A stretch of 64,000 nt of DNA from Vicugna vicugna (lineage: Eukaryota). The stretch spans positions 1,240,001 to 1,304,000 of the forward strand of contig MU058213.1 in NCBI GenBank assembly GCA_013265495.1, in the 5' to 3' direction. Within the stretch, counting starts at the first letter, position 1; every line of letters begins with the position of its first letter. The notes beneath the pieces were generated by a model. That model saw nothing but the letters and a program-made list of their open reading frames with translations, searched no databases and was not told where the DNA came from. The translations under genes were made by a program, and so were the position numbers. Of the stretch, positions 61,028 through 64,000 are shown piece after piece.

Positions 61028-64000
61028 GGAAAGCTGTTATCCCCATTTTGTAGCTGTGGTGACCAAAGCACAGAGATCCGTTTCCCATGGTTGCACAGCA
61101 AGTCCACAGAGATGGGATGAGCCTGAAGTCACTACACCTTAATGCCTTCTCCGAGTCCCAGAGAGGCCCGGAGACGGTGAGGAGTGTAAGGCATTAGTCC
61201 ATTTGGGCTTTTAGAGGTGACATAACAAGGTGGTAGAAGGATGAGTTTGAGGGACCCATGCTTAAGGCTAACTGTGTTTCCCAGACACTTGTTTTATCAG
61301 GAACATGGTGCCTAACTTATGTCTTTTACCTGCCTTACATTAAGTAATGTCACAAAGAAATGTTATAGTTTCTCTCTATGATCTAGAATCTAGGGTGAGA
61401 ATCTGGAGGTATTTTTTAAAAACTCAGGAAACAGTCCATACTAAGATGGTCAAAAAAGATCTTTGAGGCTGCCTCCCTTTCTGTAAATTGTACTCAGGAG
61501 ACCTTGGTTTTAGTTCTGATATTGCCACTAATTGGCTGTGTGACCTTGGGGAAGTCATTTTACCTCTCTGAGCTTCCAAGGCTGACTCCACAAAATGAAG
61601 GAGTTAGGCCATGTAATTCTATTATTTGATGATTCCAACTTCTCTTAGCTCTGTGAACAGAGCTTCTTATTTTTGAAATAAAAGGTTGAAGGATATTGAC
61701 TAGTGTGCATTATTGGAGATGGGTCAGATTTGAGAGAGTTGAGGATCTGCTTCTTTGTTTTGACTATCTCCTTTCTCCTTTCTCCCACCTCGTTTCTGGG
61801 TTTACTCTGTTTTCTTTGTTTCCCACTGGTGGCAAGGACCTTACACTTGGGTGACCATGTTTCTGGAGTGTCCCAATCCTAATCTTGTCTATCAGACTTT
61901 ACCATTTCTGGGTCCTATTCCTCTGGAGCATCTCCGGGTAAAAAAAACAAAATGTATAAATGGTTTTCATAGTGAGGCAATGATTTCATAGTAATAAACT
62001 CTTCAAGCCAATAACCACTTATTAGACTCTGTTATCGACAATAGGAATTTAGATAAATAAGATGTGGTCCCTACCCTCCAGAGCGTACATTTTAGGGAGG
62101 GACACATTCAATGGACTGTGATGTAGCTGGTTTGCGAGGACAGGAGGAAAGCTGCTCTGTTGAGCTAGGTCTTGCTGGCTGACAGGCTGGATTTCGACAG
62201 GCAGCAGTGACTGGAGGGGAGGGAGGTCAATTGCAGGAAACTTTTAGGATAAAGGCCCCTGGCAGGAAGCATTTAAAGTGTGTTTAGTGAAAGGCATGTA
62301 GTCTGGGAGGTGGGTGATGACCTGGGTGTGAGGAGAGCTTTGGGACAAGACGAGTTGCAGTGGAAACAGAGTGACTGGGGCTTTGAATACCATGCTGAAG
62401 AATCTGGGCTGTGTTGTGTACGTGGTTTAGAGCCATTGAAAGTGGGCTGGGTCCTGGTGTGAGCTGAAGCTGTGTTCTCCCTAGCCTGTGGCATGTTTGG
62501 AGCGCTGGGGTTGGGAATGGAGATGCAGCCATGGTTCACTTGCACCAGGAATCCAGGGTTCTAGATGTCAAGAGGCACATAGGTGCTACTTTTGGTGCTA
62601 GCTCTGATGGGAGACCTTTCCTATAGCCCTGCAAGTGTGATTGGCACAGGGGACATTGGTAGCCCATAAATTTGGTTTTGGAGCACCTAGGAAATGCCTC
62701 TGCAGATTCATGGGGTGATTTGGGAAGATGTTGGGGAGTCTGCAGGTCCTGCAGTGTAGGTGGGGGAAGAGCCAGAGAAATGTGTTAGTGTGAATGTCAG
62801 TGTCTCCCTGGGAAGCTGTGGTTAAGAAAAGAGGGTGGTTTGGAGGGAAGTGAACTAGGGAAAAAAGAAGGGGCCTCATGATCAATACTTAATGGACCCA
62901 CAGTGATGCAGACGTGGCTCTTCAACACATCCCATTTCGGGGGTTGGTGAACTTGTTTGGTCTCAGCACAAGGCTGATGCTAACAAGGTTCTTCTTTCTA
63001 TGGCTCCAAAGGTCAGGGGGCAAGGGGCCAAATACAGTGAGTTCTTTGCCACTTTTGACTTGAGCAGCAACACCCTAGGAGACAACATTGGTTTAGTAGC
63101 TTTTTAAAATATCTTTAAAAAAAGCCTAGGGATTAGCCATGTCACAGAAGGGACTAAGGAAGATTTGAAGGAAGAGCTGGCCTCTCTACTTTCCTCCTGA
63201 GTCTGCTAGACAAACTGGTCCTAGTAGCTCACTTACCCACTTTTGACCTGGAAACGTGAAGCGTTAGCACAGGGGGAGCAGGGGACCCTTTGGTTCTGCA
63301 TAATAAAGAGAGAGTGGTGGAGAATGGGTGTGAAAAGGCTGAGGGCTTATTTCCATTGAGGCAGAGTCACCTTTCACATTTCAACGCCTGATCTTGCATT
63401 CTCACAGCAGCACCCTCTCAGATACGCTCAACACATCCACTTAAGTAACTCGATTACTCTTGCAGGCACTTTTACATAATGCACCTCCCATCAGGTGGGG
63501 CGCTCAATCATTCAGCACAGGACCCAGAGTCTCTCCTCTAATATCACTTTACACAGAGCTAATGAACACGGGTTCCCAACAAGTGACTGCACCAGTCAAT
63601 AAAGGACGGCACAATCCTACCTGCCCGCGCTGCCGCCACTGCCTCTGGAGCCAATTAGCCCGCTCCTTCCCGGGTGCTGCGGGAATACATTTCCCAAAGT
63701 GGTTCTCCTGCTCACCCTGGGGTTATCTTTCTCTCATTCTCCTTTTTTTTCACAGAGGGCATGCAAAACAGAGAGGCTCTGGCAGTTCCACTGACAGGCT
63801 AGACAGGTTAGTGCTGGGAGCTGGGGACATGATTTAAATTCACTATCCAACTCCATTGCCTTGATCCAAGCAAAGGGGTGTGTGGGAGATGTGAGGAACC
63901 CCCACCATTCCTGACGCTCTGAAAAGCAACGAAGCTGCGGAGAGAACAGGCTGGTGTGTATATCAGCCCCTCTCCTCTTTGAGTCTCACGGTTTGAACAG

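Noticed and set aside
1..64000. CRISPR array, operon or other prokaryote-like system
   Set aside because: No regularly spaced repeat-spacer structure or gene-dense segment; the whole window reads as mammalian genomic DNA.

Overview
Mammalian genomic DNA, most likely camelid given four Vic-1-like tRNA-derived SINEs and no recognisable ruminant or pig SINEs. The window holds the 5' half of ONECUT1 (HNF6) on the minus strand: coding exon 1 (11026-9922; poly-His tract and complete CUT domain), about 10 kb of intron 1 running off the left edge, the CpG-island promoter (STAT5 site, TATA-like element) and about 53 kb of upstream sequence. Roughly 3-28.5 kb is CpG-rich, almost transposon-free regulatory territory. 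Beyond about 28.5 kb the sequence is AT-rich and packed with L1, LTR, SINE and DNA-transposon relics. No other protein-coding gene is supported, and I found no clearly new biological system. The best leads are regulatory: a layered uORF/start-stop arrangement in the ONECUT1 leader, repeated ONECUT self-binding motifs (possible autoregulation), two co-oriented intronic CTCF sites, and an upstream CpG cluster with plus-strand splice signals (possible lncRNA). Repeat family names and boundaries are by eye and approximate.
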